64,000 nt of DNA, taken from positions 704,001 through 768,000 of the forward strand of contig AP024596.1 of assembly GCA_019704295.1 (NCBI GenBank), read 5' to 3'. The notes beneath the pieces are model-generated. The model was not told the origin of the DNA. It was given only the letters and a program-made list of their open reading frames with translations, and made no database searches. Shown here one piece after another: positions 1-11,069 of this stretch. Positions within the stretch are counted from its first letter, which is position 1. Each line of letters opens with the position of its first letter. Source of the DNA: Sulfolobales archaeon HS-7 (GTDB taxonomy: Archaea; Thermoproteota; Thermoprotei_A; Sulfolobales; Sulfolobaceae). A program made the position numbers and the translations under genes.

Positions 1-164
1 TTACCGTTTCCATCGCTCTCTATCTCTTCTGAATCCTCTAGTACTAAATTCAGATGCTGATCAAAGCTCTTTAATTTCCCTCTAACCTCTTTATTCCCTT
101 TAAGTCTCACTAAAATCTCGTTTCCTACAGCCTCTCCCAACAACTTATGTGTAGTCTCAGCCAA
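1..164 (-). CDS. Sm-like archaeal protein (SmAP/LSm), 3' end outside window
   Basis: Manual translation from TTG: [47 protein letters not shown] contains the Sm1 motif; not in the ORF track. Confidence 0.9.
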   Translation of the reverse strand, partial: MAETTHKLLGEAVGNEILVRLKGNKEVRGKLKSFDQHLNLVLEDSEEIESDGNG

Positions 165-216
165 AACGATCCCTATATTAACATTCCCCTTACTTATATA
201 AGTATGTCGGATAGGA

Positions 217-324
217 TCCCGTCGCGGGGATCTTCGGGTGGAGTAGTCAACCTTTCGAACCCCGGACCACCCGGTTACCGCCCTCCATCTACAGCCGGGC
301 GCTCTACCGCTGAGCTACGACGGG
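217..324 (-). tRNA. tRNA-Tyr(GTA) with two introns (37/38 at 276-288; 59/60 at 231-253)
   Basis: CCCGTCG/CGACGGG-A acceptor stem, anticodon arm CCCGG-CTGTAG..A-CCGGG, BHB-type motifs at both insertions. Confidence 0.93.
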
Positions 325-427
325 ATCCTATCCAATACTTGAATCTAGCCACTATTAAAATTTTTTCAGTTATGAGGTCATTCGAGAAAAGACTCATAAA
401 AATTCAGAATTAAGAGGATCGAAGTCG

Positions 428-695
428 TTGCCAACAGTTTCAGATAAACAGCGAAGTTTATATATTTTATACTAAAAATATATTTTATAAATTTTGTCAC
501 TAGATGTGGACGACCTTTCCCGAAAGGTGACAGGGCGCAAGATACGCGGGTTTCCCCACATCCATAAGCGGGAGTGAGATATCCGCTGAAGGGATGAAGA
601 AGGATGAAATCGACAATACCTCTTGACTTTGGTGAAGTCCAAGGGCTTAGGCTTGATATAGAATATGAAATCCTATGAAGCCAAAACCCCGGTGA
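428..695 (+). mobile_element. MITE family A copy 1 (probably IS607/TnpB-derived, non-autonomous)
   Basis: Colinear similarity to 31371-31659 (-) and 52471-52675 (+), e.g. CCTTTCCCGAAAGGT-ACAGGGC and GAAATCCTATGAAGCC. Confidence 0.7.
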
Positions 696-1570
696 TGATG
701 AGGTGATTTCTTATATTTGAACATGATACAGATAAGATATTAATCGTAGCTACATATGAAGTAAGAGTAAGCATACTAGTGAGAGAAATAGTACTTAAGA
801 GAGTTAGGAAATTCTAGTTATGGTATCTTAACACCTAATCTATTTATTAGATTAATTGCGAGGGGAAAAGAGTCGAGCAGACGAAAATGGATGGTGTCAT
901 GTGTGTAATAGCAAAAAGGAAAATGTCAGTGTCGTTTACTTATTATTCCCCGGGAGAGGTTAAGAACTGCAACGAATTAAACGTAAAGGACAAAAAAAGT
1001 AAGAGAAAATAGGTAGACTTCTAGACCAATAGTCCGCATAAGTTTACGATAGTACGTGTTACTCAGACAGGACAACTGACCTCTTCTAAGGCGTGAGGAA
1101 TCTTTATGGTAACATCTGAAGTCCACTAGAGATATCTTGCAGGAAACATCAAGTCCTTCCCGATAAGAGTTCCACTAAGTGGATCTCCCACTTCTAAGCC
1201 TCATTAACTACATTAAGTTACTTACACGTCCCATAACAAGGGAAAAGTTAAAACACTTCCCAAATTCGTCAAGAAAACTTGCGAGTAATGTAGAAACCGT
1301 TAGATATCGATTTACAGTTATTACCTATGCGTATACGGTTTCACTAGAGTGTGATTTTGAATCGGCTATCACAAGGATAATAGATCGGTTATATTTGATC
1401 GAACTCTCGCTATCGCATAAGTGTTGCCATAAGAATCAGGAAATCGTAAGGTTAGAACACCCAGTTAGTGATTCCAGGATTGTTCAATAATTCCGTAAAG
1501 TTCCGATTCGTTGGGAGTACGTAAAATATTAGCAACAATCTTCTATAATATCATGTAAAAGAAGAAGTAG

Positions 1571-1625
1571 CGGTATGACGAAGCTCGAAAGGTCTGAAAA
1601 TGATGAACCCGCGCAGGTCTGACCG
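1571..1625 (+). ncRNA. box C/D sRNA
   Basis: ATGACGA-12 nt-CTGA-aa-ATGATGA-12 nt-CTGA with a CGG/CCG terminal stem. Confidence 0.88.
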
Positions 1626-1710
1626 ATAAGGGTTTTTCCTTCTTTTATCAAACCTCTATTTCATGAAATGTGACTAGTTTTTAATTATAAAATCTCATAA
1701 ATGATGGGCA

Positions 1711-2178
1711 ATGATTAATGGCTATTTCGATGGACTCTGCGAACCTCAAAATCCAGGTGGTATATCTACCTTCGGTTACATCTACGTGTTTGATACAAAG
1801 GTTATAAGAGGGTATGGACTTGCAGCCCCTCCATGGAGCTCTCTTAGTACTAACAACGTTGCAGAGTATATGGGGCTTATATGCTTATTAAAAAGCATGT
1901 TATCAAGAAATGTTCGTAATGCTCAGATTTTTGGCGACAGTCAGCTCGTAATAAAACAGATTAACGGTAAGTATAAGATAAAAGCTGAGAGGATATTACC
2001 ATTATTTAATGAAGCGGTCTCCCTCAAAAAGAACTTTGACAATATCTCATTTATATGGGTCCCAAGGGAAATGAACAGCGACGCAGACTTTCTAACTAGA
2101 ATGGCATACCGTTTAGCAAAAGAGAACAAACTAACTGTGGTAGGATGTTATAAAGAGGAGATTAGCTCCTTACCATGA
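1711..2178 (+). CDS. rnhA: ribonuclease HI
   Basis: GYFDG, TNNVAEY, GDSQLVI and WVPREMN..AD RNase H motifs. Confidence 0.93.
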   Translation: MINGYFDGLCEPQNPGGISTFGYIYVFDTKVIRGYGLAAPPWSSLSTNNVAEYMGLICLLKSMLSRNVRNAQIFGDSQLVIKQINGKYKIKAERILPLFNEAVSLKKNFDNISFIWVPREMNSDADFLTRMAYRLAKENKLTVVGCYKEEISSLP

Positions 2179-2614
2179 GTTTTGCTTGTTCAGGATCATA
2201 TTTCCAATTATTCGGTAGTTTTTTAGTAGACTTATAATACCTCTCCAATCTTCTTATTTTCGACTCTATTTCCTCTAAGCCTTTCTTGGCCTTAGAGTCT
2301 CTTGGGTGCTCTCCTATATGTCTCCTAGCGTTAACTGCCCTCCTTATGAGGTTCATAAGATCCTCGGGTACTTGCAGTTTAATTCCAGTATTCTCAAGTA
2401 CTCTAGTGAGTTTTTTCCCTGTTACCTGTTTGATCAGAGGTACCCCGTATTGATCTCTTAATAAAACTCCTATCGTAGAAGGTTCATATCCTTTTTTGTA
2501 TAACTCGACTACTAACGTGCCTATTTCTTCAGCACTTAGTCTAACCCATTTCGGTGAACCTGCTCTTACAGGTCTTACTGAGTGTGATTTGCCTCTAGCT
2601 CTTTTTTTATTCAT
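2162..2614 (-). CDS. rps15: 30S ribosomal protein S15 (uS15)
   Basis: [12 protein letters not shown] and [15 protein letters not shown]. Confidence 0.97.
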   Translation of the reverse strand: MNKKRARGKSHSVRPVRAGSPKWVRLSAEEIGTLVVELYKKGYEPSTIGVLLRDQYGVPLIKQVTGKKLTRVLENTGIKLQVPEDLMNLIRRAVNARRHIGEHPRDSKAKKGLEEIESKIRRLERYYKSTKKLPNNWKYDPEQAKLMVRS

Positions 2615-2729
2615 CTATGACACTTACTATACCTACAGAGAATCGCTAAATAAAATTTTAGTTCTCCTATTGCTGTAATTGCCACAGAATTCGACCTATC
2701 ATGTTCAAGTTACGTGCTTGAATGTTTAT

Positions 2730-2790
2730 CTTGGCGAAGCTAAGGGAGCGGAAGACCCGTAAGGATGGATAGCTTCCCCATTTTAATTTG
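2730..2790 (+). mobile_element. isolated IS200/IS605-family left-end remnant
   Basis: TTTAT|CTT...GCGGAAGACCCG...TGGATAGC, same left-end pattern as MITE family B. Confidence 0.6.
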
Positions 2791-2902
2791 TAGATACTTC
2801 ATTATTTATAGTTGCTAACGGAGAATGCTTAACCAATGCCCCCCTAAGTAAGGGTTTATCTGTTATACTCTTGCCCCACCAAGTGGTCATGTGCAGGATA
2901 TT

Positions 2903-3196
2903 ATGAACTCGCTCCTTCTTGGCAGAAGTGGCCTTCTGCTTCTCTGCTCCACCTTGCAGGCGATAGAGGGCGGAGCTCCACAACCCCTGAGGATCGGCCC
3001 CGAACTTAACGTTGGTGTCCGGCATCGGACTGTAATTAGAGCAGAGACGTACTACATCGACCCTCGCTTAGGCGTCCTAGTAACGCTTACTCTGTTGATG
3101 ATTGTTATTGATATCTGGCTGCAAACCGACTTAAACTAGTACAAGGGGGCTATCCACTCTTGCGGGTCTTCCGCCTTCTTTGAACCCCCATTGAAG
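2903..3196 (-). mobile_element. IS605-derived MITE family B copy 1 (left end + omegaRNA-like right end)
   Basis: 2904-3201 is the exact reverse complement of 3985-4282; left end CTTCAATGGGGG after TTTAT; right end GTGGAGCTCCGCCCTCTA...GAAGCAG...GTTCA. Confidence 0.85.
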
Positions 3197-3207
3197 ATAA
3201 AGGGTTT

Positions 3208-3870
3208 CTATCTTCCTAATTTTGCATTTTCCAATATTACTTCAACTAGATTGGTTACGTACGATTCAGGTAGATCCGTTTCCTGCATTAACATTGTCTT
3301 AAAGCTATTTTCCGCATCCTTTATCTCTATTTCATTTTTTACAAGTCTAACAGAAAGTTCTCTATACTTTTTCGTGTCTAAATGTGGAAAATTTATATAC
3401 TTATTAATATAATCGTCAACATTTATTTTTCCCTCCTCTTTCGATAAGAAATGCTTCGTCCAAGTTCTCACTTCCCTTTCTGCAGCTTCACGGGAATCTG
3501 AAAGATGAGCAACGTTAATTCCTCCGAATATACCAAATTTACCTCTAATAGATGTTGGTGACGCCCTCTCACACATGGTATTACCGAGTTTATCTCTTAA
3601 TTTAGCAACAACATCATCTCCCTTAATAACTGCAACGAGTACTGGACTAGCAGTAACGTAATTAATAAGCCAGTTGAAAAAGAATTTTCCCTTATGCATA
3701 CTATAGTGATATTCGATATAGAATTCTCTTGGCACGTTAAGGATATGAGGATGTAATAACTCATAATTATCACTTAAAATTTCTTTTAAAACATTTGCCC
3801 CAACTCCTCTTCTTATTACACTATCCGGTTTCAGAAAGAACAGTGCCTCTTCTTCTATCTTTCCTGACAT
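3208..3870 (-). CDS. ndk: nucleoside diphosphate kinase, divergent, with about 80-aa C-terminal extension
   Basis: FLKPD, HY..H, LG.T, SIRG and N..H.SDS catalytic motifs; lies downstream of rpl24e. Confidence 0.85.
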   Translation of the reverse strand: MSGKIEEEALFFLKPDSVIRRGVGANVLKEILSDNYELLHPHILNVPREFYIEYHYSMHKGKFFFNWLINYVTASPVLVAVIKGDDVVAKLRDKLGNTMCERASPTSIRGKFGIFGGINVAHLSDSREAAEREVRTWTKHFLSKEEGKINVDDYINKYINFPHLDTKKYRELSVRLVKNEIEIKDAENSFKTMLMQETDLPESYVTNLVEVILENAKLGR

Positions 3871-3989
3871 GAATTCACCTTATTTTTCACTCACGTGATC
3901 CCGTTAATTAATAAAAAAATTCTTCTATCCGCTCTTTACACTTAATTAAGTATTTGGGACTAGTGCTTCTTAAATTTTCACGAATTTAT

Positions 3990-4283
3990 CTTCAATGGGG
4001 GTTCAAAGAAGGCGGAAGACCCGCAAGAGTGGATAGCCCCCTTGTACTAGTTTAAGTCGGTTTGCAGCCAGATATCAATAACAATCATCAACAGAGTAAG
4101 CGTTACTAGGACGCCTAAGCGAGGGTCGATGTAGTACGTCTCTGCTCTAATTACAGTCCGATGCCGGACACCAACGTTAAGTTCGGGGCCGATCCTCAGG
4201 GGTTGTGGAGCTCCGCCCTCTATCGCCTGCAAGGTGGAGCAGAGAAGCAGAAGGCCACTTCTGCCAAGAAGGAGCGAGTTCAC
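3990..4283 (+). mobile_element. IS605-derived MITE family B copy 2
   Basis: Identical inverted copy of copy 1; preceded by TTTAT and ending GAGTTCAC. Confidence 0.85.
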
Positions 4284-4503
4284 CGCGTAAACAATGAGAT
4301 GTAAAAAAGCAAATGCATATTATATTATTAGAGCTACATCTAAAATTAACGTGCTAATCTTTAACCGCTTTTTAACGATCATTATAATTCTTTAAGAAGA
4401 CAGAATTATGATAAATTTAAATGAGAATTTTCATCCCATCTCTAATTATTAACAGAATTAATTAGAGCTTTTTATGCTTTTAATCCTTTCTCTACGACGA
4501 GGA

Positions 4504-4689
4504 TTATGCTCCTTTAATATACTTCAACGTCCATTTAAGCCTTTTAGGATCTTTGTTGTAAATTAGGCTATATTTTCTACACTTAGAAGAACAGAACCAA
4601 AGGATTGAACCGTCATTTTTTACATACATTATCCCAGTTCCTGGAGTTATCTTACTCCCACAATAACTACAAGTTCTTTCTAAAGGCAT
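4504..4689 (-). CDS. rpl24e: 50S ribosomal protein L24e
   Basis: [23 protein letters not shown]. Confidence 0.97.
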   Translation of the reverse strand: MPLERTCSYCGSKITPGTGIMYVKNDGSILWFCSSKCRKYSLIYNKDPKRLKWTLKYIKGA

Positions 4690-4761
4690 ATCTTATCCCA
4701 GACTAATGAGGGAAGAGTAGTATTTAAAAGTAAGGCAGTTCATATTTACATCGTGAATAGT

Positions 4762-4995
4762 ATGAGTCAGAAGAGCTCGATTACAGAAGAGTTTGGATAC
4801 CCAGCTGAGGTAATTCAGGTTTTGGATAAAACCGGTGTAACGGGTGAAGTAACACAAGTAAGAGTCAGAGTGCTGGAAGGTAGAGATAAAGGAAGGATAT
4901 TAACTAGAAACGTAAAGGGAGCTGTTAGATTAGGAGATATCCTTATACTGAGGGAGACAGAAAGGGAGGCAAGGAAACTGTCGACGAAAAGGTAA
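4762..4995 (+). CDS. rps28e: 30S ribosomal protein S28e
   Basis: [12 protein letters not shown] and [21 protein letters not shown]; ATG 4762 preferred over GTG 4753. Confidence 0.97.
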   Translation: MSQKSSITEEFGYPAEVIQVLDKTGVTGEVTQVRVRVLEGRDKGRILTRNVKGAVRLGDILILRETEREARKLSTKR

Positions 4996-5003
4996 TCTTG
5001 TGA

Positions 5004-6021
<1,018 letters not shown>

Positions 6022-6055
6022 CTTATGAAAGGTGAGACTGTTAAAATGGGTACAT

Positions 6056-6577
6056 TTAGCACGATTGCGGGATAGTGTATTGTAATATATCCCTTACAAT
6101 CCATTTCGTAAGCTGATTAATCTCTAGTAATACTGTCCCTACGAAGGGTTGGCCATACAGCACAAGGGAGTTCTCACTCCCGAATATTACAAGGGGAATT
6201 ACGAGCATGTCCTCCTCGCCATCAACATAGATTGGGCCTTTGTAACCGCTTGTTAATAACTCCCTTAATTTCTCTAATGCCGAGATCCTTAGGACTCCTG
6301 GTTCATTCCTTATTTCAACCCCCCTTATATTCTCCACCACAGGTATGTTACGTCTCGTCTTCCTATCAGCAATAGATAGAGTAGGAGAAAACCCTTTCCT
6401 CATTAGAATTGATAAAACGTAATCCCCTACTACATATACTTTATCGAAGTTTTTGGCATGTTGTATTATCTTATCTGGACTTTTAATCACTCTTCCGTAA
6501 GGCCTTGATAACCTTAGCCTAATTTTTTCATCGAATGTTAAACAAATGTCTACTTCACGGTTATCGCATATCTCCAA
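6056..6577 (-). CDS. GTP-dependent dephospho-CoA kinase (DUF359)
   Basis: VVGD, D.KTRR, VDGEED and YGQP motifs; usual position after spt4. Confidence 0.85.
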   Translation of the reverse strand: MEICDNREVDICLTFDEKIRLRLSRPYGRVIKSPDKIIQHAKNFDKVYVVGDYVLSILMRKGFSPTLSIADRKTRRNIPVVENIRGVEIRNEPGVLRISALEKLRELLTSGYKGPIYVDGEEDMLVIPLVIFGSENSLVLYGQPFVGTVLLEINQLTKWIVRDILQYTIPQSC

Positions 6578-6747
6578 GGTCTCTCAACGCCTGCTACCTT
6601 TCCAGCCTCAGAGTCTATTGACATTACTATTAACATGCCGCTCCACTCGTCTGAGAAAGAGGATGAACCGCATATTGGACAGTTCCCCTGTTCCCTTGGA
6701 ACTAATGCCCTGCAATTTCTGCATGCCTTAAAGAAACTAGCTTTTAT
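6550..6747 (-). CDS. spt4: transcription elongation factor Spt4 (RpoE''), putative ATA start
   Basis: Manual translation (I)KASFFKACRNCRALVPREQGNCPICGSSSFSDEWSGMLIVMSIDSEAGKVAGVERPWRYAITVK; absent from the ORF track. Confidence 0.92.
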   Translation of the reverse strand: MKASFFKACRNCRALVPREQGNCPICGSSSFSDEWSGMLIVMSIDSEAGKVAGVERPWRYAITVK

Positions 6748-7291
6748 TTTGACTCACCTCCTCTTTTAACCACTCCAGCTTCCCGAGGTATGGTTGACGC
6801 ATGGTTAGACCTATTCTCATCATTTTGCCAGATGTATAAGCTCCTATCGAATTTACTCTAGCTCTTACGAAGTCACCCTTCTGTATTACCTTCTTACTCT
6901 TCTCGCCAACTAGCATGCCTCGAATATTATCGTATCGCATTTGATCGTCCATAACCTGTGAAATGTGTACGAAACCGTCTATAGGTCCAATATTCACAAA
7001 AAGTCCAGTGTTAGTAACTTGAACAACTATTCCCTCTACTAATTCCTGTAATACAGGAGTATATACCAGCAAATTGAACTCTGCTTCGTGATATGTTGCC
7101 CCGTCTCCCATTAAAATCAATCCCTCCTCGTTTACGTTGACATCGTAAACCGATAGGATTAGTCCTATATCTTTTATTACTTTCTCCTGATATTCCTCTC
7201 TCAAAACATTCAAAGCTACTTCTTCAAGCGGTTTACCGAAAAACTCCGGGGGAATTCTTACGACTCCTTTAGCCTTTATTATTTTATACAC
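6737..7291 (-). CDS. rpoE1: RNA polymerase subunit Rpo7 (E')
   Basis: VRIPP, GDGATYH, S1 domain GPIDGFVHISQ, LTMRQPYLGK. Confidence 0.96.
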   Translation of the reverse strand: MYKIIKAKGVVRIPPEFFGKPLEEVALNVLREEYQEKVIKDIGLILSVYDVNVNEEGLILMGDGATYHEAEFNLLVYTPVLQELVEGIVVQVTNTGLFVNIGPIDGFVHISQVMDDQMRYDNIRGMLVGEKSKKVIQKGDFVRARVNSIGAYTSGKMMRIGLTMRQPYLGKLEWLKEEVSQNKS

Positions 7292-7296
7292 ATTCC

Positions 7297-7731
7297 CTAG
7301 ATATCAAATGCCCCCTTAATAATTTTACCTTTACGACCTAATGTAATAACCTTTACCCCTGACAGTTTTGCTTCTTTGATAAGGGTTTTATCATTAGTGA
7401 AGAGTACCATTTTCCTCGCTATGGCCGTTTCTAATAAAGCTCTATCAACTTCGCCGTTCACATTATCATCTATAATCTCCCATATTCCTAATTTTTTTTG
7501 TAAGTAATTTTCAGCAATTCTAGCTTTGGCACCTAATTTTCCAGATCTAGTCTCTTTAGATTTCAATTCGTTAATGACTAAACGATGTATATAAAATTTT
7601 GGAGAATATTCTAGATAATCTGCTACTAATTGAAATACATCTATTCCATCGTATACGTACATTAGTATGTTAGTGTCTACAAGGATGGCTAAGCGCTCTA
7701 TTGTAATGTTCCCCACGCTATCATACGCCAT
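7297..7731 (-). CDS. PIN-domain protein (Fcf1/Utp24-like)
   Basis: LVDTNIL, ELK, VD and TND motifs; conserved position between aIF2 gamma and rpoE1. Confidence 0.85.
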   Translation of the reverse strand: MAYDSVGNITIERLAILVDTNILMYVYDGIDVFQLVADYLEYSPKFYIHRLVINELKSKETRSGKLGAKARIAENYLQKKLGIWEIIDDNVNGEVDRALLETAIARKMVLFTNDKTLIKEAKLSGVKVITLGRKGKIIKGAFDI

Positions 7732-8930
7732 CTGCCAGTAATTTGCTTGCTGATTACAATTCTCATTCCTTTATCCCATATTACTGCAGGTTTTTTCAAG
7801 ACGATGGATATAGTGTCACCCTTAGCATGAGAAACCGTACCGTAAATAGTATCCGTACCTACATTTATCATTAAACTGTCATTCACCCTGAACTTGTCTA
7901 CCTTTATGTCTGTGGTCACCCTTTCCAGCATATTGTATATCACAGTGATCTTATCAGTAACCTCAAGATTAACGTTGGCCCCTGTAACAACGCTTCCCCT
8001 TAGTACGTCAGCCTTGGTTAAGGAGGGATCCAGAGCCGTACCTATGGCAACCAACCCACCAGGTCTTGCCTTCTTCACCTCGACATCTCCAAATCTTAGG
8101 GTTCTAATTTCGGTATATATAGGGGAATATTCCGTTCTATTGCCCTTTTCTATTCTATTCCCTGGTAAAATCTTTATCTCGTCACCGATCTTAAACTCTC
8201 CCTGCACTATACTTCCTCCTAATACTCCCCCTCCTAAGTTGTTTACGGTCGTTCCTGGCTTATTTATATCAAAGCTCCTGATAGTTAGCATAACAGGCGA
8301 TTTACTAAGATCCCTTTCAGGGGTAGGTATATGTTTTTCAATGTAATATATTAGAGCTTCAATGTTAATTTTGTGTAGAGCACTCACTGGTACAATTGGA
8401 GAACCCTCCGCCCACGTTCCCTTTAAAAATTCCTTTATCTGTAAGAAATTCTTTATAGCGTCCTCTCTAGTCACAACATCAATTTTATTTTGTACTATAA
8501 TTAACTTAGTAATACCTATAATTCCAAGCGCATTAAAGTGCTCTCGTGTTTGCGGTTGGGGAAAAGGTTCATTTGCGGCGACTACAAGTAACGCACCATC
8601 CATAAGGGCTGCGCCACTGAGCATAGTGGCCATAAGACTTTCATGTCCAGGTGCGTCAATAAAAGATACCTTCCTTATGAATTTAGGTTCCCCTTCTCCA
8701 CATTGGGAACAATTATCCTCCGATATATACGCTTCTATTTCATTACAACCTTCGCATACTCCTATACTAGCCTCAGCGTATCCCAGTTTTATTGTCATTC
8801 CCCTCTTGAGTTCCTCTGAATGTTTTGCAGTCCAGACACCAGTTATCGCTTGCACTAATGTAGTTTTGCCATGATCTACATGACCTACTACACCTATATT
8901 CACTTCAGGCTGCGTTCTAGAACCACGCAA
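7698..8930 (-). CDS. eif2g: translation initiation factor aIF2 gamma
   Basis: [35 protein letters not shown]. Confidence 0.97.
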   Translation of the reverse strand: MRGSRTQPEVNIGVVGHVDHGKTTLVQAITGVWTAKHSEELKRGMTIKLGYAEASIGVCEGCNEIEAYISEDNCSQCGEGEPKFIRKVSFIDAPGHESLMATMLSGAALMDGALLVVAANEPFPQPQTREHFNALGIIGITKLIIVQNKIDVVTREDAIKNFLQIKEFLKGTWAEGSPIVPVSALHKINIEALIYYIEKHIPTPERDLSKSPVMLTIRSFDINKPGTTVNNLGGGVLGGSIVQGEFKIGDEIKILPGNRIEKGNRTEYSPIYTEIRTLRFGDVEVKKARPGGLVAIGTALDPSLTKADVLRGSVVTGANVNLEVTDKITVIYNMLERVTTDIKVDKFRVNDSLMINVGTDTIYGTVSHAKGDTISIVLKKPAVIWDKGMRIVISKQITGRWRMIAWGTLQ

Positions 8931-8934
8931 AAAC

Positions 8935-9579
8935 TTATCCCCTTACAATTACTGTATTGATCTGAACTATGTCTGGAGTAATCAAGTTTCCCCTTACTAG
9001 TTTTCGCCTTCGCTCACCAGGCTTAGCTGGATAATATCCAGGGGGTCCAGAAAGTAATATTTTTTTCTTTACACCGCCAAGTACATCAGAACGCATTGGG
9101 AATCCACTATTATCAGATCCGCCTGTTATCCTTAGTTTAAGTTCTGGTAATCCTATAATCGTCCCATCAAATTGTTCTCCTATCTTCATATTAACTAGTG
9201 AGGAAGCCCTACTTTGATCCATGTTTATTTGAAACGATTTCGCCCTATAAACTTCTCCATCAAATTCCTCCTTGCCAAACTTTTCAGCGATTTCTTTATT
9301 AATATATATTACATTATCGGGGGTTTTATTATCAATAACTGCCTTGAAATGGACTTTGATCTTCTCTTTCTTATCTCCTTCTTTTTCCGTCTGAATAGTT
9401 ATGAACTGAGGAGAACCTATTTGATTGTGCGTTTTCTCGTTTATCTTAGCTATTGGTAAGGCTTTTCCCTCCTTTTCTCCCTGTAACACGTTAACCTCCT
9501 CTGTTGAGATTACTTTGCATTTAATTTTTTTGTCATTCTTGGTTTCAGGGTCTGAGATGACAATTTTAAAGTCTGCCAA
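8935..9579 (-). CDS. rps6e: 30S ribosomal protein S6e (Sulfolobales long form)
   Basis: [33 protein letters not shown]. Confidence 0.96.
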   Translation of the reverse strand: MADFKIVISDPETKNDKKIKCKVISTEEVNVLQGEKEGKALPIAKINEKTHNQIGSPQFITIQTEKEGDKKEKIKVHFKAVIDNKTPDNVIYINKEIAEKFGKEEFDGEVYRAKSFQINMDQSRASSLVNMKIGEQFDGTIIGLPELKLRITGGSDNSGFPMRSDVLGGVKKKILLSGPPGYYPAKPGERRRKLVRGNLITPDIVQINTVIVRG

Positions 9580-9645
9580 CTTTACTCCTCAGTTATCAAG
9601 AGTTTAACTAAAATATAAAACCGTCTCAGGCTTAAATATAGATAA

Positions 9646-10035
9646 ATGTTAGGAGTCTTACTTGTACTTCATGGTAGCAGAATTGAAAGTTGGCAGGAGA
9701 CTGCTCTAGGTTATGTAAATCTGTTAAGAAAACACTTCGATAACGTAGAGTACGGTTTCATTGAATTCAATACACCTACTCTTCGCGAGGCAGCCGAGAA
9801 ATTAGCAAGTAAAGGTGTTTCAGAAATAGTTGCAGTTCCTCTTCTCTTCGCGGCAGGTACTCATTTCAAACGGGATATACCAAGGCTTTTGAATCTAGAG
9901 GGTTCAGCTATAAGAGTAGGAGAAACGAGAATACCTGTGAGAGTCGCCGAACCCATAGGAGTCGATGAAAGAATCTCGCAAATACTTAAAGAGAGAGTAG
10001 AGGAGGCTTTAGCTGCTGGGATCACTTTAGAGTAG
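9646..10035 (+). CDS. cbiX: CbiX/SirB sirohydrochlorin chelatase (small form)
   Basis: HGSR and VPL..AAGTHFKRDIP. Confidence 0.85.
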   Translation: MLGVLLVLHGSRIESWQETALGYVNLLRKHFDNVEYGFIEFNTPTLREAAEKLASKGVSEIVAVPLLFAAGTHFKRDIPRLLNLEGSAIRVGETRIPVRVAEPIGVDERISQILKERVEEALAAGITLE

Positions 10036-10084
10036 AAAACTCTTCCTAAATGTTCTACTATGAAAAGTATCAACTAAGCAAAAC

Positions 10085-10456
10085 TCACCTTGAATAAGAC
10101 AGAAGAAGTTGGAACATATCAAATGTAAAATATTCTCTATATTCTCCAGGATTTTTACTAATACAAATTGAAGCGAATTCCAGTTCATTCGCAACCCCAT
10201 ATTTTTCCTGGATCATGGTTAACGGGAGGTTCATATTAAGGTAGTCCCTAACAAACTCCTTAGAACATTTGTTATACAAAAAACATAGTACAGATAAATT
10301 CACTGCTCTTCGTTTTTTCCCATCATAGACGATTAAAACTAGTTGATCCCTTAATTTGCACCCATCAAGGATTTCAGAAGATATGGGTCTGATTAGTATA
10401 TATGGGACGTCCCGTTTTATGAACATATCAAGTATATCGTGAAAAGTTGTCTGCAT
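10085..10456 (-). CDS. hypothetical protein
   Basis: 123-aa ORF fitting between neighbouring genes. Confidence 0.6.
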   Translation of the reverse strand: MQTTFHDILDMFIKRDVPYILIRPISSEILDGCKLRDQLVLIVYDGKKRRAVNLSVLCFLYNKCSKEFVRDYLNMNLPLTMIQEKYGVANELEFASICISKNPGEYREYFTFDMFQLLLSYSR

Positions 10457-10493
10457 TACCGTAAACTAATTTAATTTATCCACATAAAAGCAT

Positions 10494-11069
10494 ATGATGT
10501 ACCCACCAACATGGGAAAAAGATAAAGCTAGCGCTGTAGATAGATTAGAAGAGGATAGACGAATAGGTTATTTAGACCCAGACATATATGACGTCCTTAT
10601 CGAATTCATGAAAGTTGACTCTCTCTTCACAAAGAGTAGTTGCAGTGGAAGGATAACTATAATAGATGCGGAATTTCCTTGGAATAGAAAAGATTCTTAT
10701 GTTCTATTTAAGAATCATTTTCCCATAATTAAAAATGATATACAGGAAGTAGTCAAGCAGAAAGCTAAGGCGACATTATGGTTAGTTACTCAAGGGCCTA
10801 TTCTCCACGTATATGCTGCTAACGAACAGGTTGCATGGAATTTGCTTAAGATTGCAAGGAATGTTGGATTTAAACATAGCGGAATTCTATCTGTAAATTA
10901 TCACGGTGCAGTAGTTGAACTTAGAACGGGTATAAAAATAACTATACCTATTCTTGATAACGATATTAGGGATAAATACATTGAAATAGCAAACAACGCA
11001 CTGATACTAGGCAAGAATAAACTTCAAAAGCTTAAAGAAGTGGTGTCCCTTGTTTCCACTCGTGATTAG
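10494..11069 (+). CDS. taw3: tRNA wyosine methyltransferase Taw3/TYW3
   Basis: GYLDPDI, TKSSCSGRI, PILH, GFKHSG. Confidence 0.92.
   Translation: MMYPPTWEKDKASAVDRLEEDRRIGYLDPDIYDVLIEFMKVDSLFTKSSCSGRITIIDAEFPWNRKDSYVLFKNHFPIIKNDIQEVVKQKAKATLWLVTQGPILHVYAANEQVAWNLLKIARNVGFKHSGILSVNYHGAVVELRTGIKITIPILDNDIRDKYIEIANNALILGKNKLQKLKEVVSLVSTRD

Noticed and set aside
147-413. 88-aa ORF, and likewise the ORF at 55051-55422
   Set aside because: They are antisense to tRNA-Tyr and to tRNA-Ser/rps10, and are artefacts of GC-rich RNA genes.
2783-4283. Duplicated 78-82 aa ORFs (NSLLLGRSG...) and 2783-3025 as real genes
   Set aside because: They lie within the MITE copies and show no protein-family features.
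2903-4283. Composite transposon carrying ndk
   Set aside because: IS200/IS605 TnpA needs a left and a right end on the same strand enclosing the cargo. Here two left ends on opposite strands face ndk.
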